Shown one piece after another: positions 47,208 through 57,297 of a stretch of DNA of 64,000 nt. The translations under genes were made by a program, and so were the position numbers. Numbering within the stretch: position 1 is the first letter of the stretch; the number at the start of each line of letters is the position of its first letter. Source of the stretch: Faecousia sp. (GTDB lineage Bacteria; Bacillota; Clostridia; Oscillospirales; Oscillospiraceae); contig JAZOLX010000124.1 in the NCBI GenBank assembly GCA_045653485.1, positions 7,301 to 71,300 of the forward strand, in the 5' to 3' direction. Under the pieces are notes generated by a model. That model worked only from the letters and a program-made list of their open reading frames with translations, had not been told where the DNA came from and searched no databases.

Positions 47208-48742
47208 TACACTTCCTCCTTTTTGACGCCGGCCATATATAGGCCCAATTCCGCGACAGTTGTGGTCTTGGGGTCCAGCTGGCCCACGATCTCACCTTCA
47301 TACATCACCAAAATCCGGTCAGACACGGTCATTACCTCATCCAGCTCCAGCGAGACCAACAGCACTGCCTTTCCGGCATCCCGCTGGGCAACAATCTGGC
47401 GGTGAATGTATTCAATAGCACCCACGTCCAGACCGCGGGTAGGCTGCACAGCAATCAGCAGTTGGGGATCCTTGTCAATCTCCCGGGCAACGATGGCTTT
47501 CTGCTGGTTGCCGCCGGACATGGACCGGGAAACGGTAATGGGTCCCTGGCCGCTGCGGACATCATACTGTTCAATGAGTCTTTCCGCATAGGTGCGAATA
47601 TTCTTACGGCGCAGGAAACCAAATTTATCCACAAATTCAGGCTCAAAATAGCGCTGCAGAACCATATTGTCTTCCAGCGTGTAATCCAGTACCAGACCGT
47701 GCTTGTGCCTGTCCTCAGGGATATGGCTCATGCCCATCAAAGAGCGTTTGCGAATGGGTGCATGGGTGATATCATTGCCGCAAAGGCTGATGCTGCCGCT
47801 TTGCAGTGGCTCCAGACCGGAAATACCGTATACCAGTTCGCTCTGTCCGTTGCCATCGATACCGGCAATACAGACGATTTCTCCAGCGCGGACTTGGAAG
47901 GTCACATCGTTCACGGCATTTTTCTTACTGAGCTTGGAGGCCACAGACATATTGCGCACATCCAGCACCACTTGCTCGGGTCTGGCATCCTCTTTCTGTA
48001 CTGCGAATTCCACATCCCGGCCTACCATCATTCTGGAAAGCTCTGCCTTGGTGGTACTTTCCACATCCACTGTGCCAATATACTTGCCCTTACGCAGAAC
48101 AGAGCAGCGGTCTGCCACGGCCATGATCTCGTTGAGCTTGTGGGTAATAAAGAGGATGGATTTGCCTTCCGCGGCGAGATTCTTCATGATCTGCAGTAAT
48201 TCTTTGATCTCACCGGGAGTCAGCACAGCCGTAGGTTCGTCAAAAATCAATATCTCGTTATCCCGGTACAGCATCTTGAGTATCTCGGTACGCTGCTGCA
48301 TGCCCACAGAGATATCCTCGATAATAGCATCGGGATCTACACTCAGACCGTAGCGCTCAGACAGTGCCAACACCTTCTGCCGGGCCTTTTCCCGCTGCAG
48401 AATGCCACATTTGCTGTCTTCCACGCCCAAGATAATGTTATCCAGAACCGAGAAGCATTCCACCAGCTTAAAATGCTGATGGACCATGCCAATGCCCAGA
48501 TCATTGGCATCGTTCGGGTTGTTGATCTTCACGATCTGACCATTTTTCTTGATAAAGCCCTCTTCTGGTTGGTACATGCCGAACAGCACACTCATCAGGG
48601 TAGACTTGCCGGCACCGTTTTCACCCAGCAGTGCATGGATCTCACCCTGCTTTAGCTGCAGCGTCACGTTATCATTAGCGATGATTCCGGGGAATTTCTT
48701 TGTAATATTCACCATTTCGATCGCGTATTGAGTATCGTGCAA
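47207..48742 (-). CDS. Nucleoside/sugar ABC transporter ATP-binding protein (two NBDs)
   Basis: [27 protein letters not shown]; TTG start after AAGGAGG. Confidence 0.93.
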   Translation of the reverse strand: MHDTQYAIEMVNITKKFPGIIANDNVTLQLKQGEIHALLGENGAGKSTLMSVLFGMYQPEEGFIKKNGQIVKINNPNDANDLGIGMVHQHFKLVECFSVLDNIILGVEDSKCGILQREKARQKVLALSERYGLSVDPDAIIEDISVGMQQRTEILKMLYRDNEILIFDEPTAVLTPGEIKELLQIMKNLAAEGKSILFITHKLNEIMAVADRCSVLRKGKYIGTVDVESTTKAELSRMMVGRDVEFAVQKEDARPEQVVLDVRNMSVASKLSKKNAVNDVTFQVRAGEIVCIAGIDGNGQSELVYGISGLEPLQSGSISLCGNDITHAPIRKRSLMGMSHIPEDRHKHGLVLDYTLEDNMVLQRYFEPEFVDKFGFLRRKNIRTYAERLIEQYDVRSGQGPITVSRSMSGGNQQKAIVAREIDKDPQLLIAVQPTRGLDVGAIEYIHRQIVAQRDAGKAVLLVSLELDEVMTVSDRILVMYEGEIVGQLDPKTTTVAELGLYMAGVKKEEV

Positions 48743-48903
48743 TCCGATTACCTCCTTTATTCCTAACGATACTGTGATTATACACAACTACTGTGGTTTT
48801 TTCAAACATATTTCGCAAAAAACTGCCATATTCGAAAAAATACTGCCCGGATATAAAAAAGGAGGACAGGCACGTGCCCGTCCTCCCGGTTTTTAAATTG
48901 AAA

Positions 48904-50070
48904 TTACTTCAGGTTGCCCAGATACTCAACATTGCTGTTGGTAACGGCAGGTGCATTCACGATGTCGTTGGAAATCTTAAGGGTACCGTCAAAGATTGCC
49001 TTGACCATAGCCTTGTAATCAGCCTCTGTGAACTTGCCCTCAGCATACAGGGTCTTGCCCAGCTGGACATAGTTCAGTGCTGCGTTATCGCCGGAAACCA
49101 TGCCCAGAGTCACGATCTTGCCGGCATAGTCATTCCACTTACCGTTGACAATGATGTCAGTCAAAGTGTCAACAGTGGTGGGGTACAGACCCTTCATAGC
49201 GGAAGTGATGGTCATGCCTTCACCGTAGTCCTTGTCAATGATGGGAGCCTGGTCAACGTCAACACCGATGACCTTGCCGCCGACCTTCTTAGCAGCCTCA
49301 GCAGCAGAAGTGTAGATGCCGCCGCCACAAGCGAAGACAACTTCAGTGCCGGTGGTGTACCAGGTGTCCATAACAGCAGTGATGTCAGCATCGCCGAAGA
49401 ACTGATTGCCGTAAGCATACTTCATATCGATGTCGATGTTCAGCTCCTTGGCAGCAGCGTCAGCACCCTGCACATAGCCGTAGCCGAAGCGGATAACAGC
49501 GGGGACAGCCATACCACCCAGGAAGCCCAGCTTGGTGTAGCCCAGCTTAACAGCAGCATAGCCAGCCATGTAACCGGAAATCTCTTCCTGATAGATGGCG
49601 CAGTAAACGTTGTTCATGTGGACATAGTCTTCCAGCTTCCAGTTGTCGGGGTTGTAGTCATACTGCTCGCCCTTCAGTGCAACGCCGCCTTCCAGCAGGT
49701 CGCCCTTAGCAACGTCCAGTGCTACGAACTTAACGTCGGGATACTCCTTGGAAACCTTGGCGATGGTAGCGCCGAAGGCGTAGCCGGGCATAACAATGAC
49801 GTTGTAGCCGTCAGCGATTGCCAGTTCCACGGAAGCCACACGGCTTGCGGTGTCATTGGTAGTGGGCTTGTAGTACTTGGTTTCGATTTTGTTTGCCTCG
49901 CCGAAAGCGACAACAGCTTCCCAAGTAGTCTGGTTAAAGGACTGGTCGGTAATATCACCGTAGTCGGTAACCATAGCAACTCTGTAACCCTTACCGGAAT
50001 TGCTTGCGTTACAAGCAACCATAGACAGAGCCATGACCGCAACCAGCAGCAGTGCGATGATCTTCTTCAT
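48904..50070 (-). CDS. BMP-family (nucleoside-binding) lipoprotein
   Basis: MVAC lipobox, DQSFNQ, IGVDVDQ, TSAMK. Confidence 0.92.
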   Translation of the reverse strand: MKKIIALLLVAVMALSMVACNASNSGKGYRVAMVTDYGDITDQSFNQTTWEAVVAFGEANKIETKYYKPTTNDTASRVASVELAIADGYNVIVMPGYAFGATIAKVSKEYPDVKFVALDVAKGDLLEGGVALKGEQYDYNPDNWKLEDYVHMNNVYCAIYQEEISGYMAGYAAVKLGYTKLGFLGGMAVPAVIRFGYGYVQGADAAAKELNIDIDMKYAYGNQFFGDADITAVMDTWYTTGTEVVFACGGGIYTSAAEAAKKVGGKVIGVDVDQAPIIDKDYGEGMTITSAMKGLYPTTVDTLTDIIVNGKWNDYAGKIVTLGMVSGDNAALNYVQLGKTLYAEGKFTEADYKAMVKAIFDGTLKISNDIVNAPAVTNSNVEYLGNLK

Positions 50071-50252
50071 AATGTACTTTCCTCCATTAGTATTTGTTGG
50101 GTATCGCTAAGTTCCATTATGCCATTTTTAAAATAAAAATCAATACTTTTTTCAAAATATCCCAATTAATTTAGGTTTTTTATATGTTACTCAACCATTT
50201 TACAAAGGTCTGGCCCGGTGCGGGGAATGGTATATTGTAATATGGATCACCG

Positions 50253-51407
50253 TTAAAGCCGAAATGCTCCCGCAAAAAGCTGGAAGAAAACGATTGCCGC
50301 ACCATTCAGCTCATGGATCTGTTTTGGAATTGCCGATGGGCATATATCCACTGTTTTGACTCTTCTGGCAAGAATTCGCCCGTTGACTTCGCGATTCAGC
50401 ATTTCAAAAACCGCCCTAGGCAACGCCGCACCCTCATGGCCAATGACAACAGCTTCAGAATCATAATTGTTCACAACATTTACAATCAGTGTGGAAAGCT
50501 CATGCGCGATACCGCATACCAAAGGATGCTGCGGCTCTTTTTTGCAAAGTGATATAAACGCCTCCCAGTTTTCCACGCCTGCCCTTTCGGTGATCGCGCC
50601 TGCACTTAAATACATTTCCGCGCAGCCACGGTTACCGCATACGCAGGTCACGCCGTCGTGGTAAAGTGTTGTATGCCCTACCTCGCCGCAAAAACCGCGG
50701 TTGCCTTCCAAAAGCTTACCGTCTGCAATGACCCCGGCTCCCAAGCCATAGGTGATACCAAGATACACAAAATCGGACAGGTTTTTGGCCGCACCGTAAT
50801 AGTATTCCGCAAGGCCTGCCGCTTTCATATCTTCCGCCACAAAGCATGGCAGCGAAAATGCTTCCTCCAGAATTCTTCCGATCTGCCAGTTGGCGACTCC
50901 GTAAAAATCCGTAGCAGATAAAACAGTCTTTTCCTGAATATCCACAAGTCCGATACAACTGACACCTATTCCTAAAATATACTCTCTCGGCACCTGTGTC
51001 AGCATTTGAGAGATATCGTCTAAAATCTGTTTTGTCAGAGAATCCGTCGTTACATTTTCCCCGTGGCGATGGAAGGTGCAATGTAAAGTTCTGCCGCAGA
51101 GTTCTACCAGCGATACGCGTAAATGCCTGCGGGACACCGAAACTCCGATTGCCAACAGACGATCCGGGGTGATAGAAAGGCCAATTCCGCGCCTGCCGGG
51201 TGTTTCTTTCTTAATCAGCTCAGTACGGTTTTCCTGCAGAATACCCTTTTCCAAGAGGTCCCCGGCAATGTAGGAAATACTCATAGGTGTAAGATTCAGG
51301 CGCTGGGACAAATCCTGCTTGGAAATGTTTCCCTCGCGCAAGAGTGTCTGTAGAACGGCACCTTGGTTGCGAGCACGCAAATACGTCAAATTTTTTGCGG
51401 TTGGCAC
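50253..51407 (-). CDS. ROK-family transcriptional repressor
   Basis: N-terminal HTH; GEVGHT and CVCGNRGCAE zinc motif. Confidence 0.92.
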   Translation of the reverse strand: MPTAKNLTYLRARNQGAVLQTLLREGNISKQDLSQRLNLTPMSISYIAGDLLEKGILQENRTELIKKETPGRRGIGLSITPDRLLAIGVSVSRRHLRVSLVELCGRTLHCTFHRHGENVTTDSLTKQILDDISQMLTQVPREYILGIGVSCIGLVDIQEKTVLSATDFYGVANWQIGRILEEAFSLPCFVAEDMKAAGLAEYYYGAAKNLSDFVYLGITYGLGAGVIADGKLLEGNRGFCGEVGHTTLYHDGVTCVCGNRGCAEMYLSAGAITERAGVENWEAFISLCKKEPQHPLVCGIAHELSTLIVNVVNNYDSEAVVIGHEGAALPRAVFEMLNREVNGRILARRVKTVDICPSAIPKQIHELNGAAIVFFQLFAGAFRL

Positions 51408-51610
51408 TTTACCACCTCGCTTTACTTTTTGAGTCATTGTACCAGATTTTCATAATAGTTTCAAGCAGGGAGTCAATTTATAAAATCTCTTTACAAATTC
51501 AAATACGTTCTGTATAATAGAATAAACTCGCCAGCAAACAGAAAAAATCTTTGAAAAATTTCAACATTACATTCTCCCGCAGGATCAAAACAATTTTTTG
51601 GAGGTATAAA

Positions 51611-52732
51611 ATGAAAATTACGGATGTTCGCACAATGATTTTACGGCAAAATAAGATTGAAATGATCGGCGACGGTAGTCAGGATACCGTTGTCATCGTG
51701 GTAGAAACCGATGCTGGCATTTGCGGTGTTGGTGAAGTAGACTCTGCGCCCTATGTTGTAAAAACGATCATCGATACCCCTGCCTCACATATGGCCTGCA
51801 TGGGACTTCGGGAGGTTCTCATTGGCGAGGATCCTCTGGATGTAGAACGCCTCTGGAGAAAGATGTATGATAAGAGTATCTACTACGGCCGCCGCAGTGC
51901 CGCTATCCATGCAATGAGCGGTATTGATATTGCACTTTGGGATATCATCGGCAAATACTACAATGTCCCCACCGCCAAGGCATTGGGCGGTTCTTACCGG
52001 GACAAAATACAGGCCTATTGCAGTGTCCTAATGCCGGAAACGGAAGACGAAGTCTTCCGGCTTGTAGAGCAGCATCAAGGCAAAGGCTATCAAGGCTTTA
52101 AATTCGGCTGGGGCGGTCTCGGTCAGAGTTTTGAAAAGGATATCCGTCTTGTAAAAGCAGCGCGCAAGGCAATTGGTGACGATGCGCATCTGATGATCGA
52201 TATCGCCATGCGCTGGACCGATGTCAAGGGTGCTATCAACACCGCAAAAGCATTTGAAGACGAAAATGTGTTCTGGATTGAAGAGCCGTTCCATCCCGAT
52301 AACCTTGCCGGCTATGAGCGCATCAACCGGGCTACCAACGTTCATATTTCAGGCGGCGAAGAAATCGGCACCATCCACGAATTCCGCGAGCTCCTAAGCC
52401 GTGGTTGTGTGGATATCGTTCAGCCCGATCTCAGCCGTTGCGGTGGTCTGACGGTTGCGCGTAAGCTCATCGATCTTGCCGAGGAATACAACACCATTAT
52501 CATTCCCCATGCCTTTAAGACCAATATTTTGATGTCGGCAACCCTGCAGTATATCGCTACACTGCCCAATGTTTGGTATCAGGAATTTTGCGAACAGGAC
52601 ACCATTTTGCGCAAGACGCTGACCTCACCCTTGTTTAGCATAGACCCCGAAGGCTATGTTCACATTCCGCAAACGCCGGGTATCGGTATCAGCCTGAATG
52701 AAGATGCGGTAGAAAGGTTTAGAGTCGGATGA
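51611..52732 (+). CDS. Mandelate racemase/enolase-superfamily acid-sugar dehydratase
   Basis: SGIDIALWD, MID, IEEP, GGEE, QPD...GG, PH. Confidence 0.88.
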   Translation: MKITDVRTMILRQNKIEMIGDGSQDTVVIVVETDAGICGVGEVDSAPYVVKTIIDTPASHMACMGLREVLIGEDPLDVERLWRKMYDKSIYYGRRSAAIHAMSGIDIALWDIIGKYYNVPTAKALGGSYRDKIQAYCSVLMPETEDEVFRLVEQHQGKGYQGFKFGWGGLGQSFEKDIRLVKAARKAIGDDAHLMIDIAMRWTDVKGAINTAKAFEDENVFWIEEPFHPDNLAGYERINRATNVHISGGEEIGTIHEFRELLSRGCVDIVQPDLSRCGGLTVARKLIDLAEEYNTIIIPHAFKTNILMSATLQYIATLPNVWYQEFCEQDTILRKTLTSPLFSIDPEGYVHIPQTPGIGISLNEDAVERFRVG

Positions 52733-53613
52733 AACTAACAAAAGATTTTCGTATGGTGGCAGTTACCGTCACCCCTTTTGACAAAGATGAGAAGGTACTT
52801 ATTGACGAAGTAAAAAGGCAAACGGAAGAGATATGTAACTCCTTGGCAGATGCGATTTTGCCCGTTGCCTCCACGGGAGATTACGTAAAGCTGGATATTC
52901 CCGAAAGGTTGGAAGTTTTTGGGGCAGTAGCCGAGGTCAATCATGGCAGAAAAAAACTGATCGCCAGCGCCTGTGACACCTCCGCTGCAAGAGTTCTGCG
53001 CACCATTGAAGCTGTAAAAGCAATGGGCTATGACGCCTGTCTAGTTTGCCCGCCCTATTATTATCCCCTTTCCCAAGAGGCTGTGTATGAATTTTTCAAA
53101 ACTGTGTGCGAAGGTGCCAGAGATTTCCCTGTTATCGGTTACCACGTTCCCTTCTTTACTACCGGCATAGAAATCCCCACTTTTGAAAAACTGCTGGAAA
53201 TTCCCAATTTTGTAGGCATGAAAGATTCCTCCGCTGTAATGAAGCGCATTGCCCATCTATGTGAGATCGTATCCGCTAAGCGTCCCGATTTTGCCATGTT
53301 TACAGGTACGGATGATTGTCTGTTCCCTGCTCTTTGCGCAGGCTGTTTCGGCAGCATGACCGCCCTTGCCGCTACCATGCCAAAGCAGATCCGCGGCATT
53401 TATGATGCCTTCGATTCCAAGGACATTGATACGGCCATGCGTATCAACCAAAGCATTCTGCCCATTATCCGCAAAGCCGACTCCCTCACCTTCCCCGTAG
53501 GTTATAAGCTGTTGGCTAAGGCCCAAGGACTTAACACCTATGAAGGCGACACTCTCCAGCAAAAAGCGGTACTTGATGAAATGAAGGCAATGCTTGCGGA
53601 GGGTTTTCAATGA
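52729..53613 (+). CDS. DHDPS/NAL-family class I aldolase or dehydratase
   Basis: VTPF, STG, PPYY, YHVP, GMKDSS Schiff-base Lys. Confidence 0.88.
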   Translation: MKLTKDFRMVAVTVTPFDKDEKVLIDEVKRQTEEICNSLADAILPVASTGDYVKLDIPERLEVFGAVAEVNHGRKKLIASACDTSAARVLRTIEAVKAMGYDACLVCPPYYYPLSQEAVYEFFKTVCEGARDFPVIGYHVPFFTTGIEIPTFEKLLEIPNFVGMKDSSAVMKRIAHLCEIVSAKRPDFAMFTGTDDCLFPALCAGCFGSMTALAATMPKQIRGIYDAFDSKDIDTAMRINQSILPIIRKADSLTFPVGYKLLAKAQGLNTYEGDTLQQKAVLDEMKAMLAEGFQ

Positions 53614-54638
53614 AAGCGGTGGTTTGGAAAGGACTCTATGACTTAGAATATTGCGATGTGCCGGAGCCTGAATGCAAAGACGGTTGGGTTAAGATCGCAG
53701 TGCAGGCAGTCGGCCTTTGTACTACCGAGGTCCATATTATTTCGGGCAAATTTCAAGTCTGTAACCCACCGCACATTTTAGGTCATGAAATTTGCGGCAA
53801 TATTGTGGAAGTGGGCGCAGGTGTTGATCCCGATTTTTTAGGCAAGCGTGTTGTGGTTGAAACTTATGTGGGTTGCGGAGAATGTGAATTTTGCAAAACA
53901 GGTCGTAAACACTTATGCACGGCAGGTGAAATCGGTTATCCCCCCTATCCCGGCGGTGACGCCCAATATGTGGTGGTCCCCGCAGGCTGCGTGCGCTTTT
54001 TAAAGGATAACATTTCTTATGATGAAGGCGCCATTATGGAAGCCGTTGCCTGTCCATTTGGCGCAGTGATAAATGCTGGTCTTCAAGAGGGGCAAACCGT
54101 TCTGGTTATTGGCGCTGGTGTTGCCGGACTTTCCTTTATTCAATCCGCATTGGCCCTTGGGGCCAAAAAGGTATTTTGCGCTGTACGCAATGACAGCAAA
54201 GCGGCACTTGTCCGAAAATTCGGTGGTATAGTCATAGATTTACGTACTGAAACACTGAAAGATGCCATCATGAAAGCAACCGACGGCATGGGTGTAGATC
54301 TGGCAATTGATGCCGCAGGCACACCTGCCACCATCGCACAATGCTTCGAGAATGTAAAGAGCGGCGGCAAGATCATGCTTTATGGCATTCCCTCCAACGA
54401 TGCCAAGGCCGAATTACCCGTCACTGACTGCATTTTACGGCAAATTACTGTTTGCGGTTATACCGGCAATGAAAACGCTTGGGATAAACTGATAGAACTG
54501 GTATCACAGGGGCGCATTTCCCTTAAGGAAATGGTAACCAAAACCCTGCCTTTGTCGCAGTTCACAAACGCAGTGGACCTGCTGGAAAGTGGGGACAGTT
54601 CCATTATCAAAGTAGTGCTGCATCCATGGGAGGATTGA
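53610..54638 (+). CDS. Zn-dependent medium-chain (sugar/polyol) dehydrogenase
   Basis: GLC, GHE, CGECEFC...C, GAGVAG. Confidence 0.92.
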   Translation: MKAVVWKGLYDLEYCDVPEPECKDGWVKIAVQAVGLCTTEVHIISGKFQVCNPPHILGHEICGNIVEVGAGVDPDFLGKRVVVETYVGCGECEFCKTGRKHLCTAGEIGYPPYPGGDAQYVVVPAGCVRFLKDNISYDEGAIMEAVACPFGAVINAGLQEGQTVLVIGAGVAGLSFIQSALALGAKKVFCAVRNDSKAALVRKFGGIVIDLRTETLKDAIMKATDGMGVDLAIDAAGTPATIAQCFENVKSGGKIMLYGIPSNDAKAELPVTDCILRQITVCGYTGNENAWDKLIELVSQGRISLKEMVTKTLPLSQFTNAVDLLESGDSSIIKVVLHPWED

Positions 54639-54639
54639 G

Positions 54640-54966
54640 ATGATCGACTTTGAAACATTACCCATCACGGTTTTACACGAATTTAAAGGCGGTAACGGTG
54701 ATATTAAAGCAAAGCTTTACGGCGACGACCTGAACCGCATTGTAAAAAGCGTCTACGCACCGGGCGTATCCACAGGATATCACACCCATGACGATTCTTC
54801 CGAGATCATTTTCATTTTGTCGGGTAACTGCAAGGTTATTCACAACGGAAAGGAAGCTATCCTCACAGCAGGTCAATGCCACTACTGTAAAAAGGGTGAA
54901 TCCCACGCCGTTATCAACCACTGCGACCAAGATCTGATCATGTTCGCCGTCGTTTGCAATCAATAA
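54640..54966 (+). CDS. Cupin-domain protein
   Basis: GYHTH...SEIIFILSG...GESH. Confidence 0.85.
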   Translation: MIDFETLPITVLHEFKGGNGDIKAKLYGDDLNRIVKSVYAPGVSTGYHTHDDSSEIIFILSGNCKVIHNGKEAILTAGQCHYCKKGESHAVINHCDQDLIMFAVVCNQ

Positions 54967-54971
54967 TGCAT

Positions 54972-55014
54972 AAACCTGCCTGAAAAGAGTGATTCACTCT
55001 TTTCAGGCAGGTTT
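54972..55014. terminator. Bidirectional terminator
   Basis: AAACCTGCCTGAAAAGAGTGA-T-TCACTCTTTTCAGGCAGGTTT near-perfect palindrome. Confidence 0.8.
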
Positions 55015-55033
55015 TTAGATTTTCTTTATTTCC

Positions 55034-55411
55034 TTAAACTACTTCCTCTTTGTATGTTAACCTAAACGAGAAGCTGATCGTTTCACCGGACTTGATGTAA
55101 GAAGCAGCATACGCAGCTTCCGCGTTTGCAGGGCTATCGTAAAGCGCGGTACAAGGCTCCACCGCCATGGTGTACATACCGTTCAACGCGCCGGGATTCA
55201 CCCAAACACCAAGGTATTTTACAATATCACCGTCAAACTCCAGACTCAAGTGACGATAGGTTTCGCCCTTTGCCTGTGCTAGGAATTCATAGCCGCTTTT
55301 TGTTTGAAAAGAGGCCATCTTTGCGCCATCCAGCGGCAAAAACAAAGCAGAAAAGTTATCACAGCACACCTCAACCGCAGGCCGGTCTTTGTAGAAGGTT
55401 TGCCTGATCAT
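55034..55411 (-). pseudogene. Galactose-mutarotase-like gene, apparently internally deleted (125 aa)
   Basis: N-terminal LPLDGAKMASF...GYEFL joined directly to C-terminal YLGVWVN...AVEPCT; ATGA coupling to upstream gene. Confidence 0.55.
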
Positions 55412-56133
55412 AATTTTATCGTTTCTCCAATACGCATCAGATAATACTTGACCTGCGGATAGTTCTCGTCCATTGCCTTCATAAACAAATAGGGGTTTCC
55501 AAAGTGCTCCGCAAAGTTCCAAAAATGGCAGGGAATACACAGCTTCGGCTGAATGATACCCGCTGCATCAGCACCTTCTTTCTCGTTCAGATTGCCAAAA
55601 GCGCCGTTGATCGGCATGATCATCAGGTCAAGATTTTGAAGCTCGCTATTCCTAAAATAGTCTTCCCGATAGCAAGTGTCACCGGCAACATAAATTCTCT
55701 TTGTACCAACTTCTATCAGCAATCCGATGGCATGAGGTGTATCTTCGCCATGGTCGCAAGGCATTGCCTTTATGGAAATGTTTTCATTCTCAAAAATCTG
55801 GCCGGTTGCCAGATAGGTAATACGGTCACTTTCCAGATTGAGTCTTTCAGCTTCTTCTTTCACATCACAAGCAGCCACCAGATGGGTTTTCTTTTCGGTC
55901 ATAATCAGCGGCACGCTATCGGGGTCAAAATGGTCATAATGGGCATGTGTTGCAACCAGCAGATCCAGATTCAGTTTCCCGGGCTCATAAATGAACGGCA
56001 TAAGCCTTTTCAGGCCAACGTATCTATCACAGCAATCGGACAAATACAAATCGATTCCAACTCTGTATCCTTGCTCATTTTCAATGATAAAACCTGCCTG
56101 TCCCGCAAATGTAAGGTGAACTGTTTTATCCAT
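55408..56133 (-). CDS. MBL-fold hydrolase (UlaG-like lactonase)
   Basis: GQAGF, THAHYDHFD, AGDT, PING..GN, IPCHF. Confidence 0.85.
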   Translation of the reverse strand: MDKTVHLTFAGQAGFIIENEQGYRVGIDLYLSDCCDRYVGLKRLMPFIYEPGKLNLDLLVATHAHYDHFDPDSVPLIMTEKKTHLVAACDVKEEAERLNLESDRITYLATGQIFENENISIKAMPCDHGEDTPHAIGLLIEVGTKRIYVAGDTCYREDYFRNSELQNLDLMIMPINGAFGNLNEKEGADAAGIIQPKLCIPCHFWNFAEHFGNPYLFMKAMDENYPQVKYYLMRIGETIKL

Positions 56134-56253
56134 ATTGATTGCCTCCCCATCCATTGTTCGTAATTGGTTACATACTATATCGTAAATTATACAGTTTGCA
56201 AATTTTCATGTCAAGTAGCTGCACTTTTCCCCCGGTTCATGCATATATAACCG

Positions 56254-56282
56254 TTGCAACCGTGTCCTCTTTGATGTACAAT
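56254..56282 (+). promoter_or_regulatory. Sigma-A promoter of the Crp/Fnr gene
   Basis: TTGCAA-17 bp-TACAAT. Confidence 0.7.
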
Positions 56283-56297
56283 GCATCTTAGGAGGCG

Positions 56298-56960
56298 ATG
56301 GCTATGAAAGATATTCTTCGGGAACTGAATTCTCCTTTATTTGACGGCATTGATCCGGAGGACCGCTTGGCCATGCTTAGCTGTACCGGCTACCATATCG
56401 GCACATTCCGAAAGGGTGAAATTGTGGCCTTTGAGGAAGAGAATATCAAGCACATCGGCATTGTCATATCCGGTGCAGTGGATATGGTCAAGGAGGATCT
56501 CTGGGGCAACAAGACCATGCTGGTACGGATTCGCAAAAACGAAGTATTTGGCGAAACCTTCGCCTGTGGATCGGACAATCTATCTGTGGTTACCTTCATG
56601 ATTTCTGAGGATGCCAAAATTATATTCATGCCATTTGACCGGGTGATGCGAAACTGCACCATGGCCTGTCAGTTTCATCTTCGGCTGATTGAAAATATGG
56701 TGCGTGTCATTGCTGGTAAAAACCGAGACTTGATGCGAAAAGTGGAAGTAGTATCCAAGCGAACGATTCGGGAGAAGCTGTTAGCCTACCTTTCCATTCA
56801 GGCGCAAGTCCAAGGATCCCGCTATTTTGAGATTCCATTGGGCCGGGTGGAACTGGCTGAATATCTTTGTGCTGACCGCAGCGCACTGACTCGCGAGCTT
56901 GTGAAGATGAAAGAGGATGGCCTCATTGACTACGATAAAAATTGCTTCCGCATGCTATAA
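56298..56960 (+). CDS. Crp/Fnr-family regulator (HcpR-like)
   Basis: cNMP-binding domain (FGE); TIREKLLAYL; HTH ELAEYLCADRSALTREL. Confidence 0.92.
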   Translation: MAMKDILRELNSPLFDGIDPEDRLAMLSCTGYHIGTFRKGEIVAFEEENIKHIGIVISGAVDMVKEDLWGNKTMLVRIRKNEVFGETFACGSDNLSVVTFMISEDAKIIFMPFDRVMRNCTMACQFHLRLIENMVRVIAGKNRDLMRKVEVVSKRTIREKLLAYLSIQAQVQGSRYFEIPLGRVELAEYLCADRSALTRELVKMKEDGLIDYDKNCFRML

Positions 56961-56962
56961 AA

Positions 56963-57004
56963 GTACCGGCTGATGTGACTTTTGCAACATCAGCCGGTGC
57001 TTTT
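56963..57004 (+). terminator. Terminator hairpin containing a Crp-type palindrome
   Basis: ACCGGCTGATGT...ACATCAGCCGGT followed by T-run; core TGTGAC-N4-GCAACA. Confidence 0.65.
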
Positions 57005-57038
57005 ATATTTTAATATATAGGCAAAAGGAGGGGTCGCT

Positions 57039-57284
57039 ATGTTAGATGGATGCCAAGGAAAACCCAGAACACCCACGATTATCGAAAAGGTCTGCCCCAA
57101 TTGCGGAGAACTGATCGAGCTGTTTTCTATCGATACTCAGATGGCCTGTGAGAAGTGCGGTTTTGTTGCCTATAATGACACACTAAGCTGTGTCCAGTGG
57201 TGTGAGTTTGCCAGAAAATGCGTGGGTGACGAAATGTATGAACATATGATGGAGATCGCAGCCGCGCAGAAGGCGCGTAAATAA
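57039..57284 (+). CDS. Small Cys-rich zinc-ribbon/Fe-S protein
   Basis: CPNCG, CEKCG, CVQWC...C; SD AGGAGG. Confidence 0.8.
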   Translation: MLDGCQGKPRTPTIIEKVCPNCGELIELFSIDTQMACEKCGFVAYNDTLSCVQWCEFARKCVGDEMYEHMMEIAAAQKARK

Positions 57285-57297
57285 AGGAGGAATACCT

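Noticed and set aside
46074-50136. Long antisense or alternate-frame ORFs (443 and 447 aa) over the nucleoside ABC genes
   Set aside because: Fully overlap well-supported genes on the other strand; no recognisable domains.
50071-50250. Purine riboswitch upstream of the BMP nucleoside transporter
   Set aside because: No purine-aptamer consensus; the likely promoter leaves only a short leader.
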